From a virus: a DNA stretch of 64,000 bases. Positions 9,628-19,126 of the stretch are shown here, in pieces (the first letter of the stretch is position 1; each line of letters starts with the position of its first letter). The notes under the pieces were generated by a model. That model was not told the origin of the DNA and searched no databases. It saw only the letters and a program-made list of their open reading frames with translations. The position numbers and the translations under genes were made by a program. The stretch covers positions 1 to 64,000 of the IMG/VR virus record IMGVR_UViG_3300001533_002237. One strand, 5' to 3'.

Positions 9628-10583
9628 TGAAAAACGAAGAAAAAATATTATTTGAGAATATCAAAAATTTTCGTCAATTACTTACTGAAGGAATTGGTCA
9701 GAATGATATTATAGATGCTATTCAAAATCATGAATGGGTTTATCTTTATTATAATGCTGATAACGAAGAAGGTAAAAATGCAACTGGTTATCGAACTGTA
9801 AGACCATATGTTCTTGGTACTAATGCTAAAGGAAATACTGTATTAAGAGCATGGCAAGACAATCCAAAAAATAGTTGGCATTTTGATAATAAATCAACTA
9901 GACATGATAGTCAACAACATGATTTTTGGAGTGACCAAGAGGGTGTTAAACCCGGTTGGAGAATGTTCGATTTATCAAAAATAACAAAAATGTACCCAAC
10001 AGGTAAAAAATTTAATGATTCAAATGGTTTACCAATGATACCTGCTGGTTATCATGAAGGCGGTGATGATGACATGACAAGTATTATTGCTTATGTATCA
10101 ACAAAAAATGAACCTCAATTTGATTATAAATATGATAAAGAAAAACAAATTGATATGATTCCTAAAAAAGACAGAAATAAAGAAAAATGGGATAGTATTA
10201 GAAGAGGGAATAAAAATTCTAGAGAAATAACTGCTAATGATATAATTAAATTACGTGATATTGCAAGTCGTGTTCATAAAAAAGCACATGGAAATTATTT
10301 AGTTGTTATTGATGATAAAAATAATTTTCAGTTAATTCAAAGTAAAGATAAAGAAAAACAAAATATACCTGATATTGCAGTTGTTGGTTCATTACCATAT
10401 TTATATGATAATATTGTTAAGAAAAATGCTCCTCCTGATGATAAATTTTTTAACGATATAAAAAATAAAACACAAAGTGATTTAAGATTAAAAGCACAAG
10501 ACACTGTAAATGAACCAGAATCAGATATTAATGAAAAGAAAAGTCCTACAATTCCATACAAAAAAATGACTTTTTTCAAATAA
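9627..10583 (+). CDS. WYL-domain protein
   Basis: IIDAIQNHEWVYLYY...RTVRPYVLG...VLRAWQ...GWRMFDLSKI follows the WYL pattern. Confidence 0.7.
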   Translation: MKNEEKILFENIKNFRQLLTEGIGQNDIIDAIQNHEWVYLYYNADNEEGKNATGYRTVRPYVLGTNAKGNTVLRAWQDNPKNSWHFDNKSTRHDSQQHDFWSDQEGVKPGWRMFDLSKITKMYPTGKKFNDSNGLPMIPAGYHEGGDDDMTSIIAYVSTKNEPQFDYKYDKEKQIDMIPKKDRNKEKWDSIRRGNKNSREITANDIIKLRDIASRVHKKAHGNYLVVIDDKNNFQLIQSKDKEKQNIPDIAVVGSLPYLYDNIVKKNAPPDDKFFNDIKNKTQSDLRLKAQDTVNEPESDINEKKSPTIPYKKMTFFK

Positions 10584-10619
10584 TGTAGTATTTATAAAAA
10601 AATATAAAAATTTATAATA

Positions 10620-11342
10620 ATGACGAATAATAAACTAGACTTAAATAAAATAAGAGACGAAATTGATAAGGAAAAGAAAAGTCGAAATATGACTCCATCA
10701 CAATTGGGTGAAAACGTTGGAAGTGGTGTTGCACCACGTGATGAATTTTTAAATGGCTTAATAACAACACTTAATTCGGGGAAAGAAACTCCTTCAAGTA
10801 ATTTAATTAAAGTTGTTGAAAATAAAGTAGCTGCGAAAAATAATAAAACAGCTAGATATAAGGTTAATGAAACACAATCGCCAACAACTATACCTTCAAA
10901 ACCATCACAAGTTGACATGTCACCTGAAAGAGAAGAACAACTATATGCTGATATGGAAGCTAAACGTAAACAAACACTTGCTGAAAGTATTGCAAGTTAT
11001 ACTGGAAGTCAAAAAGGTAATCAATCTGGGTCTGTTGATTTTAATGGAATAAAATATTTAACTACACCACCAAAAGCACCAGAACCAAATCAATCAGTAT
11101 CTCAACCAATGCAAATTAATGAAGCTGCATTAACCGAAAACGTAAAAAATGTTGTTAATGGTTATTTAAGTGAAAATCTTGGTTCTGTTTTTGAAGAAGC
11201 AATTAAAGGTACTATTATTGAAATGTATGCTGTTGAACGAATAAAAGAAGTTTTAAATGAGAATCGAGATTTAATAAAATCTGTTGTTGTCGAAACCATT
11301 CGAGAGATACAAGCAAAAAATAAGAAAAAAGTGCAATCCTAG
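10620..11342 (+). CDS. Hypothetical protein, probable head/scaffold-associated
   Basis: 240-aa ORF; late motif at 10588; many VNE/INE/LTE/LSE/LNE motifs. Confidence 0.6.
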   Translation: MTNNKLDLNKIRDEIDKEKKSRNMTPSQLGENVGSGVAPRDEFLNGLITTLNSGKETPSSNLIKVVENKVAAKNNKTARYKVNETQSPTTIPSKPSQVDMSPEREEQLYADMEAKRKQTLAESIASYTGSQKGNQSGSVDFNGIKYLTTPPKAPEPNQSVSQPMQINEAALTENVKNVVNGYLSENLGSVFEEAIKGTIIEMYAVERIKEVLNENRDLIKSVVVETIREIQAKNKKKVQS

Positions 11343-11356
11343 TTGCACTTTTTTTT
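11325..11356 (+). terminator. Rho-independent terminator
   Basis: aaaaaagtgcaa-tcctag-ttgcactttttt stem-loop with T tail. Confidence 0.8.
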
Positions 11357-11396
11357 GTTATTCCTTTCGTATTTATGAATATAAAATATTCGTAAT

Positions 11397-13619
11397 ATGA
11401 CGTATGATGAATTCAAACAAAATTTCTTACCAGAATTTCTAAAAATTAATTCTTATGCTGGTAGAATAAGATATGCCAACCAAAATCTTGAAAGAATTGG
11501 TGGTGGTACTGGTAGAATTGTATATAATATCGATGATGAAAAGGTTTTAAAATTAGCCAAAAACGCCAGAGGTGTTGCTCAAAATGAAGCTGAAGAAAAC
11601 TCATCTGATTATTATTCAAATTCAATTGTTGCTGAAGTATTTGATTATGATGAAAATTATATATGGTTGATTTCAGAACAAGCAAAAAAAGTAACTGAAA
11701 AAAGAATTAAAGAAGTTACAGGAATCCCAAGTCTTCACGATTTATTTATTTTTTTATCAAATACTAAAGATAAAAATAATGGAAAAGAAGAGTCATTGAA
11801 CCAATCCAAAGAAATGGAAGAATTTTTTTGGGAAAATGAATTTGTTGTTGATTTATTTAATTTTATCGCTGGTTATAACCAATCTGTTGGTGATATGGGT
11901 AAACCAAGTAGTTATGGTGAAGTTGTTCGTAATGGTGAACATTTAATTGTTTTGACTGATTATGGATTAAATGATGAAGTATATAATAAGTATTATAACC
12001 CAAAAAGAAAACAAAAATATCAGATGTATGAACTTTATAATTTTGCTGATGGTAATGACGATATACTTAATGATACTGGTGACCAAACTGTTATTAGACG
12101 TGGTATGTGGGCACAAATGCCTTATAGTGTAAGTGATGGTCAAGGTGTTATAAATGAAAAATTTGTTAATTTTGTTAAAAACAGAAATAAATATCCAAAT
12201 GAATCTGTTTCAGGTATTGGTTTACTTGCTGATGGTTTTCATGAATGTGTTAATAATATAAAAGAAACACTTAAAACTGTTGATGATAAAGAAAAGTTTT
12301 ATAATAACTTATTGGAACTTCAAAATTATTTAAGTAATCAAGGATATTATGATAGAGATAAATTATTAAGTGAAGAATATTTTATTAATGAAGAAACACC
12401 TGATGTTGAACAATATTCTTTAGATGATAGAACCTATGCCGATGAATTAGCAAGAGCAGTTGCAATTAAATTAAATTTATCTTCACCAAGATATCTTGGT
12501 GGTGGTGGAAATGGATTTGCATATGAAATTAATAATAATTTAGTATTGAAATTAACATCAGATGTTAGTGAAGCAGATGCTGCATCAAAACTATTAAGAG
12601 GAAAACCAGAATATATTGCAACTATTTTTAATCTATATAAAGTTCATGATACTGAAACAGATAAATCATTTTTTGCAATACTACAAGAAAATATTAATGA
12701 TAAACCAATTGAAAAATTTAAGAAAATACAAAACGATATTGACAAAATTAGTCCGAATGGTATGGGTTATGTCGATATTATGTTTTCAATAAAAAAACCA
12801 AAAAGATTTGATTATGAACAAATGCTTGAATTTGCAAAACAATTATTAACAACTAATCCAGAAGCAAATGTTTCACAACAAGAAAGACAAGAAGCATATG
12901 AATTTTTAGTTGGAATGATTAATATACGTAAGGAATTACTTGATTTTGACATTAAATCTGTTGATTATATTGAAAATGCTAATTTAGGATATAAAGACGG
13001 TGTATTAAAATTTTTTGATACTGGTGGTTATCGTGGCGTTCAAGAACCAAATCTTAATAATGACAAATTAATTACATTACCTGAAGATGCTACAGCTAAA
13101 TTTACTACTGATGACGCAATAAATCAAGATGGTTTTCCATCATATAACACTAATGATACTTCTCCGAGTATTAATAATGATTTAGATGCTAATATTGCAA
13201 TGTATAATGAAGATTTAGAATATAATCATGTTAAAGGCGATGCTAGTAATGATGAATATGTTCTGGGTGAATCTGATATTAATTTAAGTAAAAAAGAATA
13301 TCAAAACATTACTGATGACAAAATATTGGAATATATTAAATCAATTAACAATCTTATTAACCAAATTAAAAGTAAAAAATATTTAAGTCGTGAAGATTTA
13401 ACTGATTTAAAATTTCTAACATTTTCAATGAATTATAATAAAAATAAATATTTAGAACACATGGGGTTTAATTATTTTAATGATGTATTTAAATTATTTA
13501 TTAAAATTTTGAAAAAAAATAATATTATTAAAGACGATGATTCAAATAAGAAATTAACTGAAAATATTCCAATGTATGAAGATTTAATCTATAACTATAT
13601 TAAAGAAATGATGAGTTAA
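11397..13619 (+). CDS. Protein with two protein-kinase-like domains
   Basis: IGGGTGRIVY..VLKLA..NEAE..TDYG and LGGGGNGFAY..VLKLT..SEA..DYIENAN..FFDTG. Confidence 0.75.
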   Translation: MTYDEFKQNFLPEFLKINSYAGRIRYANQNLERIGGGTGRIVYNIDDEKVLKLAKNARGVAQNEAEENSSDYYSNSIVAEVFDYDENYIWLISEQAKKVTEKRIKEVTGIPSLHDLFIFLSNTKDKNNGKEESLNQSKEMEEFFWENEFVVDLFNFIAGYNQSVGDMGKPSSYGEVVRNGEHLIVLTDYGLNDEVYNKYYNPKRKQKYQMYELYNFADGNDDILNDTGDQTVIRRGMWAQMPYSVSDGQGVINEKFVNFVKNRNKYPNESVSGIGLLADGFHECVNNIKETLKTVDDKEKFYNNLLELQNYLSNQGYYDRDKLLSEEYFINEETPDVEQYSLDDRTYADELARAVAIKLNLSSPRYLGGGGNGFAYEINNNLVLKLTSDVSEADAASKLLRGKPEYIATIFNLYKVHDTETDKSFFAILQENINDKPIEKFKKIQNDIDKISPNGMGYVDIMFSIKKPKRFDYEQMLEFAKQLLTTNPEANVSQQERQEAYEFLVGMINIRKELLDFDIKSVDYIENANLGYKDGVLKFFDTGGYRGVQEPNLNNDKLITLPEDATAKFTTDDAINQDGFPSYNTNDTSPSINNDLDANIAMYNEDLEYNHVKGDASNDEYVLGESDINLSKKEYQNITDDKILEYIKSINNLINQIKSKKYLSREDLTDLKFLTFSMNYNKNKYLEHMGFNYFNDVFKLFIKILKKNNIIKDDDSNKKLTENIPMYEDLIYNYIKEMMS

Positions 13620-13621
13620 TT

Positions 13622-13876
13622 ATGGACGAAGAAAGAAATAAATCATTTGGAAGTGGTTCAAAAACTGTTGAAGTAAAAAAGAAATGTCGTCTTGGTGGTA
13701 AAGGAAATACTAGTGTCGCATGTAATCAAGGTGATATTAATAACTTGATTTTGAAATCAATTAAAGAAGAAATCGAAAATAATTTGGAACTTCAAGAATA
13801 TTTTAGTAGTCTTGTACCTAATATTGATGAAGGAGAAATTATGAAAAATATTAGTGAAGCAAGAAATTTAATGTAA
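13622..13876 (+). CDS. Hypothetical peptide, probably the frameshifted continuation of the kinase protein
   Basis: One extra A at about 13607 joins it in frame to 11397-13619 (KE-NDELIMDEERNK). Confidence 0.55.
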   Translation: MDEERNKSFGSGSKTVEVKKKCRLGGKGNTSVACNQGDINNLILKSIKEEIENNLELQEYFSSLVPNIDEGEIMKNISEARNLM

Positions 13877-13922
13877 ACGATGCTTTTCGTAGACATATTA
13901 GTATTTATTATTAAATATTAAT

Positions 13923-14737
13923 ATGGGAAGACCAAGGAAATATAGTTTAAATGAAAATTATTTTGAAAAAATTGATTCGGATGATAAAGCATATATATTA
14001 GGGTTTATATATGCTGATGGTAGTGTTTATAAAAATTATTTGAGTATCTGGTTAGCAATAAAAGATGTTGAAATACTTGATTTTATTAAAGAAAAATTAG
14101 ATTATGGGGGCATAATTTATAATTCTTATAATAAGAAAAAAAATAAAAAATATGTTGGTTTAACAATTTCATCAAATAAAATTGTTTCTGATTTAAATAA
14201 ATTTGGTATTATTAATAATAAAACATATCAGTCAAAAACATTACCAATATATAATAAAAAATATGAAAAAGCATTTTTAAGAGGATTTTTTGATGGTGAT
14301 GGGTCAATATATTCAAATAATAGTAGGAAATATATAGAATATACCGTCAATTTTTCGGGAAATAAAAGCGTTTTAACACAATTAAAGAAAATATTATATA
14401 AATATAGTATTACAAGCAGTAAAATTAGATATAGACATAATAATGAAGAATCGTGTATGTTAGATATTAGAGGTAATAAAAATATTGAAAAATTAATAAT
14501 TTATTTTATAATGATGGTACATTTTCTTTAAAAAGAAAAAAAAATAGATTTGATGAGTTTATCAAAATGTTAAATATGTTAACGAAACGAAATTTATCTG
14601 ATGAAATTATTAACAAAATTAAATTATTATACCTTTCAGGTATTAAACAAACAGATATAGCAGATAAAATAAACATACCAAAGAGTTCTGTGCGAACAGT
14701 GGTACAAAGACTTAGAAAATATGGGGAAGTTAAATAA
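13923..14737 (+). mobile_element. Free-standing LAGLIDADG homing endonuclease with C-terminal HTH, frameshifted near 14497
   Basis: AYILGFIYADG and AFLRGFFDGDG; the shifted frame continues FYNDGTFSLKRKK...LYLSGIKQTDIADKINIPKSSVRTVV to TAA 14735-14737. Confidence 0.85.
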
Positions 14738-16592
14738 AATTACACAATATTATCGAGAAAAAAATTTTATTAAAGAATTAATTAATAGTGGTTTTGAAGT
14801 TTATCTTGTGGGTGGAATTGTAAGAGACCTCATATTAAATAATCAAAATAAAGATGTTGATTTGGTTGTTAGAAAAGCATCTATAGATTCTTTAATTCAA
14901 AAATTACGAAAATTTGGTGATGTAAATTTAGTTGGGAAATCATTTGGTGTATTAAAATTTGTTGACAACGATGGAATTGATTATGATATCGCATTACCTC
15001 GAAAGGATATACCTACTGGTGAAGGAGGTCATAGGGGATTTGAAATTCAAAGTGATGAAAATTTATCGATTGAAGATGAATTAATCAGAAGAGATGCTAA
15101 AATGAATGCAATGGCATTAAATTTAAACACAGGTAAATTTATTGACCCTTTAGGTGGTCTTGATGATATTGAAAACAAACAAATTTCAGCAGCTAATCCA
15201 GAAGCATTTAGTGATGATGCACTCAGAATGCTTAGAGCAATACAATTTGCAAGTTGTTTTGGTTTTACAATTGAACCTAAAACAATGCAAATGATTATTG
15301 ATAATGCAGATAAGATTACAGAAATTGCACCTGAAAGAATATTAATTGAATTAGATAAAATAGTAAATAAAGGTAATCCACGTATTGGTATTCAATTATT
15401 AGTAAATACTGGTTTATTTAAACAGATTTTTGGTAATGAAATTAAACAATCACAAATTGATGATAGAGATTTCAATAATGTAAAAACAATGGGTGAATTT
15501 CTATTTTTAATGATGAATGATGTTGTACAGAATCCACCTGAATTTTATTTAAGTCGATTTAGTACTACTGATGCTAAAAGAGATAAAATTTATAAAGAAT
15601 TACGAGCATTAGACCTAGCATTTAATTCTGATTTAGCTAATGAACAAACAGATAGTGTAAAAGCAAGGTCATTAGCAAGTAATATGTATAATATTGCTCC
15701 ACAAACACTTGAAAATCAAATATTACCTGAAACAATCAGAAATGCTGGACAGGAATTATTACAGGGTAAATACCCTAAAACAGTAAATGAATTAGCAGTT
15801 AATGGTAATGATTTAATGCAACAAGGACTTAGCGGAAAAGCTGTTGGTGATATGCAAAAATCGATGTTAATTTGGATTTATGCTGACAAAATTAGGAATA
15901 ATAAGGAAGAATTACTATCTTTGGTTAATAAAACAAATGATATGGAAGAAGGTTATGGTAATTATAGTAAACCTCCTGATACTTGGGATATTAATGGTGA
16001 ACAAGTTACTATAGATTTCTTTGTTAAGGAATATGATAAATGGAATAATCAGCATGGAAAACCAGTATATGAAAATGCATCAAAGGCAAGTGTTTTAGAA
16101 TTCCTTCAAAATAATTATGAAGATGAATCAGCAGATGAAAATTTGAAAAGACAACTATATTGGGAATTAACTGATAGAGATTTATTAAAAGAAGATAATG
16201 ATGTAAAAAAAATATCATATAGTGCAGTAGTTCTTGATGATAAATCAAGAAAACAATTAATTAAAGTATTTAGTCAAATGATTCCTGAAGATTGGGAGAT
16301 TATTGCTGACCATATGACAATAAAAATGGGTGGTCTTGAAGATGGAAGTCAAGAAAAACAAGACATGGAAGATGGAAAAGAAATTCATTTAAATGTGGTA
16401 GATTATGTTATGGATGATAAAGTAATGGCTATTGGTGTTAAAGGATATCCATTAACAAATGTTAAACCACATATAATTATTGTAGTTAATCGTACTGAAG
16501 GTGGTAAACCGTTTATGTCAAATAAATTAACTGATTGGAGAAAAATAGGATTTTCATTTGAATTAACTGGAAAAATTGAAGAAGTGTCATAA
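14721..16592 (+). CDS. cca: Class II tRNA nucleotidyltransferase (CCA-adding type) fused to a C-terminal 2H phosphoesterase (Trl1 CPDase-like)
   Basis: VGGIVRD..KDVD, RRD, DDALRMLR, ERILIEL; no HD domain; C-terminal YSAVVL..HMT..PHII..SNKL. Confidence 0.85.
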   Translation: MGKLNKITQYYREKNFIKELINSGFEVYLVGGIVRDLILNNQNKDVDLVVRKASIDSLIQKLRKFGDVNLVGKSFGVLKFVDNDGIDYDIALPRKDIPTGEGGHRGFEIQSDENLSIEDELIRRDAKMNAMALNLNTGKFIDPLGGLDDIENKQISAANPEAFSDDALRMLRAIQFASCFGFTIEPKTMQMIIDNADKITEIAPERILIELDKIVNKGNPRIGIQLLVNTGLFKQIFGNEIKQSQIDDRDFNNVKTMGEFLFLMMNDVVQNPPEFYLSRFSTTDAKRDKIYKELRALDLAFNSDLANEQTDSVKARSLASNMYNIAPQTLENQILPETIRNAGQELLQGKYPKTVNELAVNGNDLMQQGLSGKAVGDMQKSMLIWIYADKIRNNKEELLSLVNKTNDMEEGYGNYSKPPDTWDINGEQVTIDFFVKEYDKWNNQHGKPVYENASKASVLEFLQNNYEDESADENLKRQLYWELTDRDLLKEDNDVKKISYSAVVLDDKSRKQLIKVFSQMIPEDWEIIADHMTIKMGGLEDGSQEKQDMEDGKEIHLNVVDYVMDDKVMAIGVKGYPLTNVKPHIIIVVNRTEGGKPFMSNKLTDWRKIGFSFELTGKIEEVS

Positions 16593-17240
16593 ATGAGAAA
16601 AGAACAACTTTTAAAAGAAGTACAACGTAATAAATTGCTTGAAAATTCAGGCGTGAATTCAGTTAGTGGTGTTGACTTAATATCAATAGATATTCAACCA
16701 ACATATGAACAAGCATTTGATTTTAATTTAAATAGTTTTATTGAATTTATAAATAATAATTATGATTCAATGAATTCGTTAACATTTCTGTTTAACGGTC
16801 TTGATTTAGGATTTCCCGATGAAAATGAATATAAATATTGGTTATTTGAGAATGGATTGGAAGAAAATATAATAGAATTAGCGAATTTTTATGATAAAGG
16901 ATATGCATTTTTTCGTTTTTGTATGGATGAAGGTATTGATGATGATAAAATTGTTGATTTAATTAAATATATGGTTCGTCATAATATAAATAATAGTAGA
17001 GAAATTGATGAAAATATGTGGAATGAATTCATGAACGAGTATGGTCATTCTGATGTTCGTGAATTATTAGAGCTTGCTGATGATATGATAAATATTCCTG
17101 ATTTAATGGAATATTTACAAAGATTTCGTGGAAGAATTGTATTATGTGGTGGTGGAATTAATGAATGTTTAAAAGAAGTTGAAATTGCATTAATGGCACT
17201 TGATAAAGATTACAATATATTAACAAAATATACGTATTAA
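16593..17240 (+). CDS. Cysteine hydrolase (isochorismatase/nicotinamidase-fold) protein
   Basis: Putative Asp-Lys-Cys triad: ISIDIQP, YDKGY, VLCGGGINEC. Confidence 0.6.
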   Translation: MRKEQLLKEVQRNKLLENSGVNSVSGVDLISIDIQPTYEQAFDFNLNSFIEFINNNYDSMNSLTFLFNGLDLGFPDENEYKYWLFENGLEENIIELANFYDKGYAFFRFCMDEGIDDDKIVDLIKYMVRHNINNSREIDENMWNEFMNEYGHSDVRELLELADDMINIPDLMEYLQRFRGRIVLCGGGINECLKEVEIALMALDKDYNILTKYTY

Positions 17241-17263
17241 AAATAATATAAAATTTAATTATT

Positions 17264-17770
17264 ATGAATAATCATATTAATGAATTACAGAAAAAAATGT
17301 ATGAAGATGGTTTGAAGGTTGAAGATTATTTCATTGAATTAGCAGAACGTGACGGTTATAAATGTCTTAAATCAAACAATTTTCAAGATAAATATGAACA
17401 TTGGGATATCAAAATAATAAAGGATAAAAAATCTGCACGTGTTGATGTTAAAGGATATAAAGAAAGTCATAAAACTGGATTTACTTGGGTTGAATTTCAA
17501 AATATTAATGGTGATAAAGGATGGATTAATGGGAAAGCACATGTAATTGCATTTGAAAGAGAAGACCGTTTCGATTTAATTGATAGAGTTAAATTAAAAA
17601 AATTTATTAAAAGTAAAATCGTTAATCCAACAGGTTATGTATATATTAAACCTGATGATTTATTAGAAATTGCTTATCATAGATATCGAAGAATGGGTCG
17701 TAGGGACATTATTATTTTAGTACCTTTTGATGATATTGAACAATTTATAATGACAACAATATATAAATAA
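17264..17770 (+). CDS. PD-(D/E)XK-fold nuclease-like protein
   Basis: E...WD...VDVK...VEFQN...GW pattern. Confidence 0.55.
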   Translation: MNNHINELQKKMYEDGLKVEDYFIELAERDGYKCLKSNNFQDKYEHWDIKIIKDKKSARVDVKGYKESHKTGFTWVEFQNINGDKGWINGKAHVIAFEREDRFDLIDRVKLKKFIKSKIVNPTGYVYIKPDDLLEIAYHRYRRMGRRDIIILVPFDDIEQFIMTTIYK

Positions 17771-17776
17771 TATGAA

Positions 17777-18361
17777 ATGAAAAGATTAACTGTATTTGAT
17801 TTTGATGCTACCTTAATAAACACATTTTCTCCTGAAGAAGGTAAACCTATGTGGGAAAAATTTTATGGAAAACCTTATCCTCATAAAGGATGGTGGGGTC
17901 GTAAAGAAAGTTTAGATACTAATGTGTTTGACATCAAACCATTTCCAAATATATTATCTATTCTTAGAAAAGACATGGCTGACCCCGATACAACGACAAT
18001 AATATTAACTTCTCGTTTGGAAAAATTACGTCCAGAACTTGAAAATATTTTAAAGTTAAATAATATTAATGTTGATGAATTAATCACAAAAAAAGGTCGA
18101 GAAGATAAAGGTGATATTATATTAAAAATTTAAAAATATAATGATGATTTAGAAGAAATTGTTGTTTATGATGATTTCGCTGATAAACAACCAAATAAAA
18201 TTGTTGAATATACTAAAATTAAAGATTTATTACCTGATAATATTCAATATAATATTTTTTATGTTAAAAATGATAAAATTAGTTTATTAGAAAGAGTTTC
18301 ATTTGACTCAACAAATAAATTATTGGAGATAATTCAAGAAGAAATCATAAATTTTAAATAA
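17777..18361 (+). pseudogene. HAD phosphatase (Swiss-Army-Knife RNA-repair type) with an in-frame TAA at 18131-18133
   Basis: FDFDATL, WW, LTSR, K; the same frame continues past the stop with motif IV (IVVYDD) to TAA 18359-18361. Confidence 0.75.
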
Positions 18362-18385
18362 GAGTATTTATAATAAATTTTAATA

Positions 18386-19126
18386 ATGCCAAAAAAACTA
18401 ACAAAAGAAGAATTTATTGTAAAAGCCAAGAAAGTTCATGGTAATAAATTTAATTATGATTTAGTTGAATATCTTAATAATAAAACTAAAGTAAAAATTG
18501 TTTGTCCATTACACGGTGAATTTTTACAAAAACCGAATGACCATTTAAGTGGATATGGTTGTAGGAAATGTCAATATGAAAAAACATCTAAAATAAATAA
18601 ATTTACTACTGAAGATTTTATTAATAACGCAATTAAAATACATGGTAATAGATATATTTATTCAATTGTTGAATATAATGGGTATGAAAATAAAGTGAAT
18701 ATTATTTGTAATAAACATGGTAAGTTTAAACAATCATCACACTCTCATTTAAGTGGTGCTGGTTGTCCGTCATGTAAAGAATCTCGTGGTGAGAAACGAA
18801 TTACAGAATTTTTATTAAAAAATAATATTAATTATCAAAAACAAGTATCATTTGATGGATTAATTGGTGATAAATCTTCATTATTTTTTGATTTTTACCT
18901 TCCAGAGTATGAAATGATGATTGAGTTCGATGGAATACAACATACTAAACCAATTAAATTTTTTGGTGGAATGAAAAAACTATTAAAACAAAAAGAATAT
19001 GATAGAAAAAAAATTGATTTTGTTGTTAGAAATGGATATAAATTATTAAAACTAACATATAATATGTTTTCATATCTTGAAGAAGCATTAGAGTGTGAAT
19101 TAAAAAATAATAAAATATTATGTTAA
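18386..19126 (+). mobile_element. Homing-endonuclease-like protein (zinc-binding repeats + PD-(D/E)XK/Vsr-like domain)
   Basis: Two FI..A..VHG..Y...C..HG.F.Q...HLSG.GC..C repeats, then SRGE...FDFYL...IEFDGIQH. Confidence 0.8.

Noticed and set aside
13877-14737. Group I intron around the LAGLIDADG ORF
   Set aside because: Flanks are too short for the P3-P9 core and no conserved intron elements are recognisable
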